DNA from: Fibrobacteria bacterium
GTDB taxonomy: Bacteria > Fibrobacterota > Fibrobacteria > UBA11236
Direction of reading: 5' to 3'
Assembly: GCA_043732185.1 (NCBI GenBank)
Contig: JAYTHY010000108.1
Location: 1-23,512, forward strand
Length of the DNA: 23,512 bases
Positions 1 through 8,886 of this stretch are shown here, piece after piece. Both the position numbers and the translations under genes were made by a program. Under the pieces are notes generated by a model. That model did no database searches. It was not told the DNA's origin and saw only the letters and a list, made by a program, of their open reading frames with translations. Numbering within the stretch: position 1 is the stretch's first letter; each line of letters begins with the position of its first letter.

Positions 1-888
1 CATTACAAGCTGGACAAGGCCCAGAAGGAAGCCGTGAAACATCGGACGTTCGCGGGGTGGGAAATCGTACCTGCCACGGTGCGCCTTTGCCTGATGAACC
101 TGTTCTTGCACAATATCGGCGAGATGGATGGCGAGCCTCCGGTGACACGCATGGACAGTCTGATTTCGGATTGGGGCAAAAAATTCGATTATATACTGAC
201 CAATCCTCCTTTTGGCAAAAAGGGAGCGATGACCATTACAAACGAAGAGGGCAAGGAGAAGAAGGAGGTCCTGACCTATGCGCGCCAGGACTTCTGGACC
301 AGCACCAGCAATAAGCAATTAAACTTTATCCAGCATATCAAGTCCATGCTCAAGATCGACGGGCAGGCCGCGGTGGTGGTGCCGGATAATGTGCTGTTCG
401 AGGGCGGGGCTGGCGAGACCATCCGAAAAAAACTGCTGGCCACCTGTGATGTGCATACAATTCTGCGTTTGCCTACGGGGCTTTTTTATGCGCAGGGCGT
501 GAAAGCAAATGTGATTTTCTTCGACAACAAACCGGCAAGCAAGGATGTGTGGACCAAGCAGGTGTGGATCTATGACCTGCGGACCAATATCCACTTCACT
601 TTGAAGACCAAGCGGTTGGGCTATGAGGATTTGCAGGACTTTGTGCAGTGCTTTAATCCAGACAACCGGCAAAAGCGCAAGGAGACGGAGCGGTTTAAGA
701 AATTCGCGTACAAGGAGATTGAGGCGAGGGACAAGACTAACTTGGATATCTTTTGGCTGAAGGATGAGAGTTTGGGAGATATGGAAAACCTGCCTGATCC
801 GGATGTGCTGGCGCTGGAAATCGTCGAGAATTTGGAGGCGGGGTTGAACAGTTTTAAGGAAATTATTGTGACTTTGAATGGGAAATAG
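1..888 (+). CDS. hsdM: Type I restriction-modification N6-adenine methyltransferase subunit, 5'-truncated by the window edge
   Basis: Frame is open from base 1 (HYKLDKAQKEAVKHRTFAGWEIV...). Contains LCLMNLFLH, catalytic motif IV 'TNPPF', 'AAVVVPDNVLF', 'ILRLPTGLFYAQGVKANVIFF', 'YDLRTN' and the HsdM tail 'LDIFWLKDES...LPDPDVLA'. Confidence 0.95.
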   Translation, partial: HYKLDKAQKEAVKHRTFAGWEIVPATVRLCLMNLFLHNIGEMDGEPPVTRMDSLISDWGKKFDYILTNPPFGKKGAMTITNEEGKEKKEVLTYARQDFWTSTSNKQLNFIQHIKSMLKIDGQAAVVVPDNVLFEGGAGETIRKKLLATCDVHTILRLPTGLFYAQGVKANVIFFDNKPASKDVWTKQVWIYDLRTNIHFTLKTKRLGYEDLQDFVQCFNPDNRQKRKETERFKKFAYKEIEARDKTNLDIFWLKDESLGDMENLPDPDVLALEIVENLEAGLNSFKEIIVTLNGK

Positions 889-973
889 GGATTGATAAAG
901 TCTTCATCTGGTATTTAGGTATCGAGAATAGAATCGACTGCACAAGTATGATCCCGGTGCTCATTGCTATTGC

Positions 974-1096
974 TGGAAACTTTGCCTGAACGGCCAGACC
1001 AGCGAGAAAAGTCATTTGGGCGGAGCCCCACCGGAGTGCACCGGAAAGTGCGCGGCGCCACCATTGGCATTGTCGCAGGATCGTTTGGCGTTTCCA
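974..1096. repeat. Long imperfect inverted repeat (~123 bp hairpin) between convergent hsdM and AlbA_2 genes
   Basis: TGGAAAC(974-980) pairs with GTTTCCA(1090-1096); GCCTGAAC(984-991) with GTTTGGC(1083-1089); CCAGCGAGAA with TTGTCGCAGG; inner GTGCAC-CGGAAA-GTGCGC (1036-1053). Confidence 0.55.
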
Positions 1097-1117
1097 TTTT
1101 AATGGGGCTGCCTTTGC

Positions 1118-2119
1118 CTACTTAAATTGATTCAAGATCTGCTGCCGATACACTTCAATATCCTTAGGGAGTTGCAGCTTAAATGTTTTAGTCTCACCTG
1201 GAGAAGTTTCGGTTGCAACCGCAGCTTCTACCCTCAAAGTTTGCAGGAAATCTGCAAGTCGCTCATAAAGTAGATGCGGCGGCTCACCATCAGGAGTGAT
1301 TTCAATCCCGAAATATTCCGAATCAGAATGAAAGTCGCCCGGCAAAATGGTTGTATCGATAGGTATGCCTTTTGAACCGGGCCTATGATCGTGAGGTATT
1401 TTATCCCGGCCAACGAAAAGTCTGAAGCTTTTATCAGCATCGTCGGAAATCATATTCTTAATTCTCAACCCCCATTTGTAAGCGGCTACCCGCCCTATAT
1501 TTCGAATATTGAACTTCATTCTAAAAACGAGGATGGGGAGTACGCTATTGCCACGAATCTCAGCTGAGCAGTAAGTAACATCTGCCACCTCCAATTCCAA
1601 AACGGAATTGACTATTCTGTTTCTAAGGAGCTCCAAGTAGAAATGAGGAGCGGGTTCCGACCTGCCAGCCTTTCTATAGTAGTAAGTGTACATGGATACC
1701 GATTTTCCCTCCACCACGCATTGATGTGGTGCAAGGTAGCTGTCGCCGATGTCAACAACTATTAAATCTCTATCAACTGGAATCCTTGAAGGGCTTGCTC
1801 GCTGAACGACATGAACTCTAAAGTCATTTATTGGATGCGAAACTAAATGCGGGATTATTTGTTCAAGCCAACTTCTCATGTCAGCTCTTCCCCGATGTTG
1901 AGAAACACCGTCAATTTTTCCGTCGTCCTCCATACCAAGAATGATGTGACCACCCCCAGAATTTGACATCGCAGAAATTGCCTTACCAAGGGTGGCTCGA
2001 AGCTCCTTATCATTTGAGAACAGCGCTCCACTTTTTCGCTCTAGGTAGTCGTGTTCATCAAGCGATAGGATGTCAAGCTCTTCCTCGGTCCATTTTTCTT
2101 TTTTACTCGTTCCAGTCAT
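1118..2119 (-). CDS. Schlafen/AlbA_2-domain protein with a beta-rich C-terminal domain
   Basis: 'DEHDYLERKS' (ExxxxExK), 'KAISAMSNSGGGHIILGMEDDG', 'IVVDI', 'APHQ' and 'YYYR' are AlbA_2 hallmarks. Start placed at ATG 2119, which has GAGG just upstream; the ORF track start is 2221. Confidence 0.85.
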   Translation of the reverse strand: MTGTSKKEKWTEEELDILSLDEHDYLERKSGALFSNDKELRATLGKAISAMSNSGGGHIILGMEDDGKIDGVSQHRGRADMRSWLEQIIPHLVSHPINDFRVHVVQRASPSRIPVDRDLIVVDIGDSYLAPHQCVVEGKSVSMYTYYYRKAGRSEPAPHFYLELLRNRIVNSVLELEVADVTYCSAEIRGNSVLPILVFRMKFNIRNIGRVAAYKWGLRIKNMISDDADKSFRLFVGRDKIPHDHRPGSKGIPIDTTILPGDFHSDSEYFGIEITPDGEPPHLLYERLADFLQTLRVEAAVATETSPGETKTFKLQLPKDIEVYRQQILNQFK

Positions 2120-2397
2120 TGCCATCCTCACGATAATGTGACGCAAAGATTTCAGGAAAGAGCTTCCATTTACTCTTTCAAAATTGCTTTGCACCCTTGT
2201 GAAAAATAGTGCGGGGATCATTATAGGTAAATTTATGAATTTATTTCTTCAGCCCAATTAAAAGGCTTTTCATGAAACACCTGCCCGACCAGTATTGGCC
2301 GAGAAGGAACAATTTAAACGCCAGGTGTTGGGCAACCCTGCGCCATTGCCTCAAACAATTTGGTTACAGCTTAACCTTATTCTAACGTCTTATTGAC

Positions 2398-3054
2398 ATG
2401 AAGATGCTTCTTCCCCTATTTCTCCTAGCTCTCTATCCGGCATTTTCGTTCTCAGAGCCGGTAGATTCCGTTCAACACTCGTATGCTTTATCGGCCCAGG
2501 CTCGCCCAGGTTTTATTGAAGCGGAGATGCCTCAATTGGGTGGCCTGGTCGTGGGAGAGGCCTTGGGAATCGTTTCGGGGACATTACTAGGAGTTTTAAT
2601 AGGTCCTGTGTTTAGTACTCCCTGCAAAAGTGACGATGAAACCTGTCACAGTAGCTGGATTTCCCCGGAAGGCGGGGCTGCGATTTTTGGAGGTTTTGTG
2701 GGGGCCCTACTTGGACAGGCCATAGGCATACACCTTTCTGGACATCTCATGAACAAAAAGGGGTACGTAATGTTAACGATTCTTGAAACTGCGGCCTGGG
2801 ATGCGGCTGCATTCTTCGGTTCAAGGGCTCTCTATGAAAGCTTGGATCCTTCATCAGGATCTGATGACGCGGCAGTAAAAACTTCTCTAATTACGTTTAT
2901 TGGAACGGCCTCTTTAATGCCTTGCCTTACCTACGCGTGGCTGGACTATCGGATTAGTTTTCCAGTTGTACCGCGATTGACCTTGAATACGGATCCGAAT
3001 GGCACGATCCACCCTGGGCTACGTATGGATATTATTCAGGCAAGATTTCATTGA
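2398..3054 (+). CDS. Hypothetical exported/membrane protein with Gly-rich hydrophobic helices
   Basis: 218-aa ORF with an N-terminal signal-like segment (MKMLLPLFLLALYPAFSFS), several GxxxG hydrophobic segments and a Cys pair (CKSDDETC). No family recognised. Confidence 0.7.
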   Translation: MKMLLPLFLLALYPAFSFSEPVDSVQHSYALSAQARPGFIEAEMPQLGGLVVGEALGIVSGTLLGVLIGPVFSTPCKSDDETCHSSWISPEGGAAIFGGFVGALLGQAIGIHLSGHLMNKKGYVMLTILETAAWDAAAFFGSRALYESLDPSSGSDDAAVKTSLITFIGTASLMPCLTYAWLDYRISFPVVPRLTLNTDPNGTIHPGLRMDIIQARFH

Positions 3055-3366
3055 TTATTTATTTCCATTTTCCAACAGCGGCTGCGCCTCCAAGAATCCC
3101 ATTTACAATTACCCTGAAATCATCGCCTTAACGGTTTTACTGTTTGTCGTTTCCCTTCTCACAAATGCGATTTTAACCACAAAATCCACCCTCGAAACCA
3201 TTCCAAATCAATCCCTTACCCTATACACCCCACCCCTGATTCTATTGGCTCAAATGCCCTTTTAACGTCAAATTCCCCATGCCAATTTGGCCAGCAATTT
3301 ACTTCGCCTCATAGCCCTCTGTGATTCTATGGTTGATGTCATGCCCCACCCAGGAAAGGTCAGCGC

Positions 3367-6300
3367 ATGAAATTTACCAGACGTTTTACAGATACAGACA
3401 AATCCCCCTACGAAACCCAACAATACGAAACCCGCACCTCCGTTATCAGACATCAAGAAGGAAGTTCGGCCACGGAGGAGATGCTGGTTGAAGCTCCCGT
3501 GGGTTGGTCGCAAACCGCCGTGGACATTCTGGCTCAGAAATATCTCCGCAGATGCGACGTGCCCATGTTCGATGCGCAAGGCGCACTTGTTCTAGATGAG
3601 AACGGCATTCCTAAAACCGGGCCGGAAACTTCCGTAAAACAAGTAGTGGACAGATTGGCGGGATGTTGGCGGCACTGGGGTGAACAGCTGAATTATTTCG
3701 ATTCCAAAGCTGATGCTCAAATTTTTTATGATGAAGCCGCGCATATGCTGCTGAATCAAATGGCTGCACCTAACTCCCCGCAATGGTTCAATACGGGATT
3801 GGCCTGGAAGTATGGTATCACAGGTAAAGCCCAGGGCCATTGGTATGTCGATCCGGATACTGAAAAACTGACGCCCTCTACCGATGCGTTCTCCCGCCCC
3901 CAGCCGCATGCTTGTTTCATTCAATCCGTGGACGACGATCTCTTAGGCGATCACGGCCTCTACAGTTTACTGGCCAAAGAAGGTCGCATATTCAAATACG
4001 GATCCGGCAGTGGCACCAATTTCAGCGCCATCCGCGCGGAAGGCGAAGCCCTTAAAGGCGGTGGAAAATCTTCCGGACTCATGTCTTTTTTGAAAGTCTT
4101 TGATAGGGCTGCTGGAGCGATCAAATCCGGCGGCACCACACGCCGGGCTGCAAAAATGGTTTGTTTGGATTTGGATCATCCGGAAATTGAAAACTTCATC
4201 AGGTGGAAAAGCCGGGAAGAGACCAAGGTAGCGGCCATGGTGGCTGGATCCAGATTGATGAAAAAAAACTTGACTGGTACGGAATCGGCGGAGTTTGCCA
4301 AGGATCTTATCCCAGAAGGTTGGGCGGGTAGAATTGAGGCTTTGGCGGAACAAGGCATCACACCTGAAAAAGTCCAGGAACTGGACACGGGTTTTGAAGG
4401 CGAAGGCTATGCCACTGTTAGTGGTCAGAATTCCAACAACTCCGTTCGGGTACCGGATGTTTTCATTGAAGCCATGCAAGCGGGCGGGGATTGGGAATTA
4501 AAAGCTCGCACCGATGGCAGCACGCTTAAAACGGTCAAGGCCCGGGAGCTTTGGGATCTTATATCGTTGTCCACCTGGGAATCCGCTGACCCGGGAGTGC
4601 AGTTCACGGATACCATCAACGACTGGCACACCTGTCCCAAAGATGGACCCATTCGAGCTTCCAATCCTTGCTCTGAATATATGTTCCTGGACGATACGGC
4701 TTGCAACCTGGCCAGCCTCAATCTGGTAAAATTCCAGGAACCGGATGGGTCACTTCGCATCGAAGACTTTGAACATGCGGTTCGCATATGGACCGTCATC
4801 CTCGACATCTCCGTAGGCATGGCCCAGTTCCCGTCCGAGGACATCGCTCGCAAGACCTATGAATTCAGGACCCTGGGCCTTGGATATGCCAACCTCGGAG
4901 CCTTTTTAATGCGTGCCGGTATTCCTTATGACAGCCCTTTGGCAGCAGCCTGGACAGGCGGCATTACGGCTTTGATGGGAGGCGCAGCCTACGCTTCCTC
5001 TGCGGAATTAAGCGAGTCCATGGGAGAATTTCCACGCTATGCGGCCAATCGTTCCGACATGCTTCGAGTACTCAGAAACCATGCCCGCGCTGCCCGCGGT
5101 GAGTCGGAAGGCTATGAAGGCATTGCCGTCAAGCCTTGGGTATTGGACAAAGGAAATTGCCCAGAACCATTGGCCGAAGCCGCCCAAAGAGTTTGGGAAC
5201 AGGCCCTGACCCTGGGTGAAGCCTCCGGTTTCCGTAACGCACAGGTTACTGTACTGGCGCCTACCGGAACCATTGGACTGGTTATGGACTGTGACACCAC
5301 CGGCATCGAACCGGATTTCTCCCTGGTCAAATTCAAAAAGTTGTCCGGTGGCGGATTCATGAAAATCGTGAACCGCTCCTTGCCGGTAGCGCTACGCAAG
5401 CTCGGCTACAGCGTGAAAGCGATTGCCGCCATCGATTCCTATTGCCTTGGAACCGGAACGCTGGAAGGCGCACCCCATATCAATGTCGCATCACTCGCCT
5501 TACGCGGACTCTCGGAGGCCAAAATCGCGGCAGTGGAAAAATCATTGGGCCGCACCTTATCCATCACCGATGCTTTTTCCCCCTATACCTTAGGCCATGA
5601 TTTCCTCAAGTCCTTGGGAATTTCCGATGTCGTCCTCGCGGGCGGCGGGCGCGACATTCTGGAAAGTCTAGGCTTTACTGCTTCGCAAATCGATGAGGCG
5701 GACCTTATCATCTGCGGCGCGCAAACCGTGGAAGGCGCACCCGAATTGGATCCAGCCGACTATGCCGTCTTCGACTGCGCCAATGCCTGTGGTCGCGGCA
5801 AACGCTTCATTTCTCCCAAGGGCCATCTGCGTATCATGGCCGCAGCGCAACCTTATCTCAGCGGCGCCATTTCCAAAACCGTGAATCTGCCCGCCGAGTC
5901 CACGGTGGCGGATGTTCGCGATGTTTATTTTTGCGCCTGGTCCTGGATGGTCAAGGCTGTTGCTGTTTACCGCGATGGTAGTAAGCTCTCCCAGCCGCTT
6001 AATTCCAAGGCCCAAAAGAAAACTACCGTAGGTACTGCGCCCGTAGCTATGGCAATGGCCGCAACCACGCCTCTATCCAAATCCTCCGAGTCCGATACTG
6101 TACAAAGGCCCAAGCGCCTGAGATTGCCGACTAGGAGAGGTGGCTTTGTTCAAGAAGCGACCATCTCCGGTCACAAAGTTTTTCTGCGCACGGGAGAATA
6201 CCCGGATGGTTCATTAGGGGAAATCTTCATCGACATGTACAAAGAAGGGGCGGCCTATCGAGGCATGCTCAACTGCTTCGCAGTGCTTACCTCCAAAGCG

Positions 6301-6753
6301 TTACAGTACGGTGTGCCTTTGGAGGAACTGGTCGAGACCTTTACCTTCACACGGTTTGAACCAGCAGGCCCCGTGGATGGTCACGAAAACATTAAGAGCT
6401 GCACGTCTATTTTGGATTTTCTATTCCGCGTACTCGGCCTTAACTACTTGGGCAACACGGATTTTGTGCATATCAAGCCGACAGAAACGAAAAAGCCTGT
6501 TCCTGTTCCTGCTCCTGTTCCAAAGGGCTCCTCCTTCACTAGCCAGGAAAAGATTTTGGTTACGGCAGTAGGTCCCGAATTCCATTCTTCCGCAAGCCTT
6601 GCCCATAAGGCGGAACCTTCGATTCCCAAAGATCAGGCCCGGCGAGCCGGATATACCGGAGAAAGCTGTAGTTCTTGTGGGTCCATTCGCGTGCGGCGGA
6701 ATGGGACGTGTATAGTTTGCGAGGATTGCGGTACAACGAGCGGTTGTTCTTAG
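3367..6753 (+). CDS. nrdJ: Class II adenosylcobalamin-dependent ribonucleotide reductase with fused C-terminal TSCPD/Zn-ribbon region
   Basis: 'APNSPQWFNTG', 'PQPHACFI', 'GSGSGTNFS', 'GGTTRRAAKM', thiyl-radical loop 'ASNPCSEY', 'ACNLASLNL', 'APTGTIG', 'GAISKTVN', 'YRDGSKLSQP', TSCPD-like 'GEYPDGSLGEIFID...FTRFEPAG...SILD' and terminal 'CSSC...CEDCGTTSGCS'. Confidence 0.97.
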   Translation: MKFTRRFTDTDKSPYETQQYETRTSVIRHQEGSSATEEMLVEAPVGWSQTAVDILAQKYLRRCDVPMFDAQGALVLDENGIPKTGPETSVKQVVDRLAGCWRHWGEQLNYFDSKADAQIFYDEAAHMLLNQMAAPNSPQWFNTGLAWKYGITGKAQGHWYVDPDTEKLTPSTDAFSRPQPHACFIQSVDDDLLGDHGLYSLLAKEGRIFKYGSGSGTNFSAIRAEGEALKGGGKSSGLMSFLKVFDRAAGAIKSGGTTRRAAKMVCLDLDHPEIENFIRWKSREETKVAAMVAGSRLMKKNLTGTESAEFAKDLIPEGWAGRIEALAEQGITPEKVQELDTGFEGEGYATVSGQNSNNSVRVPDVFIEAMQAGGDWELKARTDGSTLKTVKARELWDLISLSTWESADPGVQFTDTINDWHTCPKDGPIRASNPCSEYMFLDDTACNLASLNLVKFQEPDGSLRIEDFEHAVRIWTVILDISVGMAQFPSEDIARKTYEFRTLGLGYANLGAFLMRAGIPYDSPLAAAWTGGITALMGGAAYASSAELSESMGEFPRYAANRSDMLRVLRNHARAARGESEGYEGIAVKPWVLDKGNCPEPLAEAAQRVWEQALTLGEASGFRNAQVTVLAPTGTIGLVMDCDTTGIEPDFSLVKFKKLSGGGFMKIVNRSLPVALRKLGYSVKAIAAIDSYCLGTGTLEGAPHINVASLALRGLSEAKIAAVEKSLGRTLSITDAFSPYTLGHDFLKSLGISDVVLAGGGRDILESLGFTASQIDEADLIICGAQTVEGAPELDPADYAVFDCANACGRGKRFISPKGHLRIMAAAQPYLSGAISKTVNLPAESTVADVRDVYFCAWSWMVKAVAVYRDGSKLSQPLNSKAQKKTTVGTAPVAMAMAATTPLSKSSESDTVQRPKRLRLPTRRGGFVQEATISGHKVFLRTGEYPDGSLGEIFIDMYKEGAAYRGMLNCFAVLTSKALQYGVPLEELVETFTFTRFEPAGPVDGHENIKSCTSILDFLFRVLGLNYLGNTDFVHIKPTETKKPVPVPAPVPKGSSFTSQEKILVTAVGPEFHSSASLAHKAEPSIPKDQARRAGYTGESCSSCGSIRVRRNGTCIVCEDCGTTSGCS

Positions 6754-6763
6754 GGAAGCGTAA

Positions 6764-6795
6764 CCAAGGGGTGATTTATCGCCCCTTTGGATTTT
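6764..6795 (+). terminator. Probable intrinsic terminator after nrdJ
   Basis: AAGGGGTGA-TTTA-TCGCCCCTT stem-loop, extendable by CC/GG, starting about 10 nt after the nrdJ stop and followed by a short ATTTT tract. Confidence 0.55.
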
Positions 6796-6906
6796 GTCGA
6801 AAAGACAGGGATTTATGACAGAATGTCATGCGTACCTGCAAAATCTTCGAAACTAAAGCTTTGAACTCGGTTCCATTTCCAGCCGTGGAACTTTGTCAAA
6901 ATGCCG
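6795..6906. promoter_or_regulatory. Cluster of palindromic candidate enhancer sites for a sigma54 activator
   Basis: TGTCGAAAAGACA (6795-6807); ATGACAGAATGTCAT (6815-6829, centre 21 bp from the first); TGTCAAAATGCCG (6894-6906). A bare GG-N10-GC occurs at 6926-6939. Confidence 0.5.
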
Positions 6907-6980
6907 ATGGAAAACGTTCGAGGATGGTTTTCTCAACGCGTATTATTTGAAAGGAAGAGAACCTGACTGGAGTAAATCGC

Positions 6981-7175
6981 ATGGATTACCTAACCGGAAA
7001 CACACTAATGAATTCAAACCATATCTTGCATTCCTATCAGTATTTGGCCGCCATTGGAGCAGGACTTCTGTTTGTCTTCGAAGGCACGCTTTTGGGAATC
7101 ATGGTTTTTTCTAAAAAACGATCTCCTCAGAAAATCGGTACTCAATTGAACGATGCTCGCTCGTTTGATGAATAA
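6981..7175 (+). CDS. Putative small single-pass membrane protein at the head of the ebo-ric operon
   Basis: GGAG 8 nt upstream of ATG 6981. Hydrophobic stretch YLAAIGAGLLFVFEGTLLGIMVF followed by KKR. The stop overlaps an in-frame eboA ATG (ATGAATAA, 7168-7175). Confidence 0.4.
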   Translation: MDYLTGNTLMNSNHILHSYQYLAAIGAGLLFVFEGTLLGIMVFSKKRSPQKIGTQLNDARSFDE

Positions 7176-7983
7176 TGCCATGTCCCCGCAGGAATTGGTT
7201 TTTGGATTCCTGTCTTCCCGACTGCCTCTCGCTTCCCTTCCGTGGTTGGAGAAAAGCGCCAATCAATTGGAACGTTCTTCCGAAGACAAAATTGTCTTTA
7301 CTGTTTTCAGCGCCGCCATCCGCCATAGCGGGAAAGGCCCACTCTCTCTGAACGAATCCGACTTGGCTGCTGCCAATAGTTTGGTACCAGGTTGGAACCC
7401 CGGGGACTGGAGCATTGATCAAGCGGTGCGTATTTTTCTTCTGCTCGCCATGCCTCCAACGGACAAATCGGCGCAACTAATGGATCTCATTTACCAAACT
7501 GCGGATTTAGGTGAAGCCTTGGCCTTGATGAAAGCCCTGCCTCTATTGCCCAATCCAGAAAGCCATATGGCCAGGGCCAGAGAAGGCGCCCGCAGCAATG
7601 TAAAATCACAGTTTGAAGCTGTGGCGCTTCGCAATCCTTATCCTGCCGAACATTTCGATGAAACCGCATGGAATCACTTGGTGTCCAAAGCCATTTTTGT
7701 AGAATCGCCGCTGGAAGAAATCACCGGACTGGATAGACGTGCCAATCCATCCCTAAATCAGATTTTGATGGACCTGGTAAAAGAAAGACAAGCAGCCAAT
7801 CGCCCCTTCAGCCCACAGCTGTATCGATGCCTGGGTCCATTGGCGGAAAAGAAAGAATTGGACCTGTTGGAAAACGTATTGCGTAGAGGTGCGCCTACAG
7901 AACAAGATGCGGTAGTTAAAGGATTGAAATTGAGTCCTTCCTTACGTGCAGCGCAAATCCTAAAAGAGTCCAGGAATTTATGA
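7153..7983 (+). CDS. eboA: EboA-domain protein (start may be 7168 or 7180)
   Basis: 'WSIDQAVRIFLLL', 'ADLGEALALMKALPLLP', 'REGARSN', 'ALRNPYPAEHFDETAWNHLVSKAIF', 'GLDRRAN' and 'ERQAANR' match EboA. Overlaps the next gene by ATGA. Confidence 0.85.
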   Translation: MLARLMNNAMSPQELVFGFLSSRLPLASLPWLEKSANQLERSSEDKIVFTVFSAAIRHSGKGPLSLNESDLAAANSLVPGWNPGDWSIDQAVRIFLLLAMPPTDKSAQLMDLIYQTADLGEALALMKALPLLPNPESHMARAREGARSNVKSQFEAVALRNPYPAEHFDETAWNHLVSKAIFVESPLEEITGLDRRANPSLNQILMDLVKERQAANRPFSPQLYRCLGPLAEKKELDLLENVLRRGAPTEQDAVVKGLKLSPSLRAAQILKESRNL

Positions 7984-8855
7984 AATTAATCGACCCCCAT
8001 ATCCATATGGTCTCCCGCACCACAGCCGATTATCAGGCTATGGCCGAAGCCGGTATTGTAGCTGTAATAGAGCCTTCCTTTTGGGTCGGGCAGCCTCGCA
8101 CCCAATCGGGTACATTCCTGGATTATTTTGCGTCGCTGGTTGGTTGGGAACGATTCCGGGCTTCGCAATTCGGCATCAAACACTATTGCACCATTGGCCT
8201 TAATTCCAAAGAGGCCAATAACGAAGCGTTGGCTGAACAGGTTATGGACCTCATTCCCAGATTCGCGGGCAAGGAGGGCGTGGTGGCGATTGGTGAAATT
8301 GGTTATGATGAAATGACAAAATCCGAAGAGAAATATTTCCGTCTGCAACTCGACATGGCTATTGATTTGGACATGCCGGTCATGATTCACACTCCCCACC
8401 GTAACAAAAAAGTGGGGACGTCAAGGAGCATGGACGTTTGTTTAGAACATGCTTTACCACCGCATAAAGTGGTAATCGATCACAACAATGAGGAAACGGT
8501 CAAAGAGGTTTTAGATCGCGGATTCTGGGCCGGCTTTACCATCTATCCCAAAACCAAGATGGACAGCAAGCGCATGGCCGACATTGTCAAGCAATATGGG
8601 CCCGATAGGATCATCGTCAACTCCAGCGCGGACTGGGGTATGAGCGATCCACTTGCCGTTCCCAAAACGGCACGACTGATGTTGGAATCAGGAATTTCCG
8701 AAGCCATAGTTTCGGCCGTATGTTATCAAAATGCCATCAAGGCGTATGGACAAAGCGGGCAAATGCTGGAAAGCGACTGGCTATCGACCCAAATCCCGGA
8801 TCCGGGCGATTCGTTCGCGGGAAACAGCGTGATCCGGGGACAAGCAAAAGATTGA
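7980..8855 (+). CDS. eboB: TatD-family metal-dependent hydrolase, EboB subtype
   Basis: 'IDPHIHMVSRT', 'EPSFWVGQPRT', 'GWERFRASQFG', 'LNSKEANN', 'GEIG', 'IHTPHR', 'IDH', 'FTIYPKTKM' and 'NSSADWG.SDPLAVP'. Adjacent to eboA. Confidence 0.9.
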   Translation: MKLIDPHIHMVSRTTADYQAMAEAGIVAVIEPSFWVGQPRTQSGTFLDYFASLVGWERFRASQFGIKHYCTIGLNSKEANNEALAEQVMDLIPRFAGKEGVVAIGEIGYDEMTKSEEKYFRLQLDMAIDLDMPVMIHTPHRNKKVGTSRSMDVCLEHALPPHKVVIDHNNEETVKEVLDRGFWAGFTIYPKTKMDSKRMADIVKQYGPDRIIVNSSADWGMSDPLAVPKTARLMLESGISEAIVSAVCYQNAIKAYGQSGQMLESDWLSTQIPDPGDSFAGNSVIRGQAKD

Positions 8856-8886
8856 AATGCGTGATTAGTTGAATGAAAGGAATAGA

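Noticed and set aside
889..1117. Missing hsdS/hsdR as evidence of an orphan methyltransferase
   Set aside because: These genes may lie upstream of base 1, which is outside the window.
2999..3265. 88-aa plus-strand ORF between the hypothetical gene and nrdJ
   Set aside because: Overlaps the upstream gene, has no RBS or recognisable motif, and occupies the likely nrdJ promoter region.
3055..3366. Cobalamin riboswitch or NrdR boxes upstream of nrdJ
   Set aside because: No B12-box elements (GCCACTG, GGGAAG) and no convincing ACAC-A-ATAT-GTGT palindromes are visible.
6496..6521. CCTGTT 6-bp tandem repeat
   Set aside because: In-frame PVPVPAPVP linker within nrdJ; length changes would not shift the frame.
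3367..6753. Intein or intron in nrdJ
   Set aside because: ORF is continuous, RNR motifs are in normal order, and no splice-junction or homing-endonuclease motifs were seen.
7082..7096. AGGCACGCTTTTGGG as a sigma54 promoter
   Set aside because: Good -24 half, but GG rather than GC at -12, and it lies inside the small ORF.
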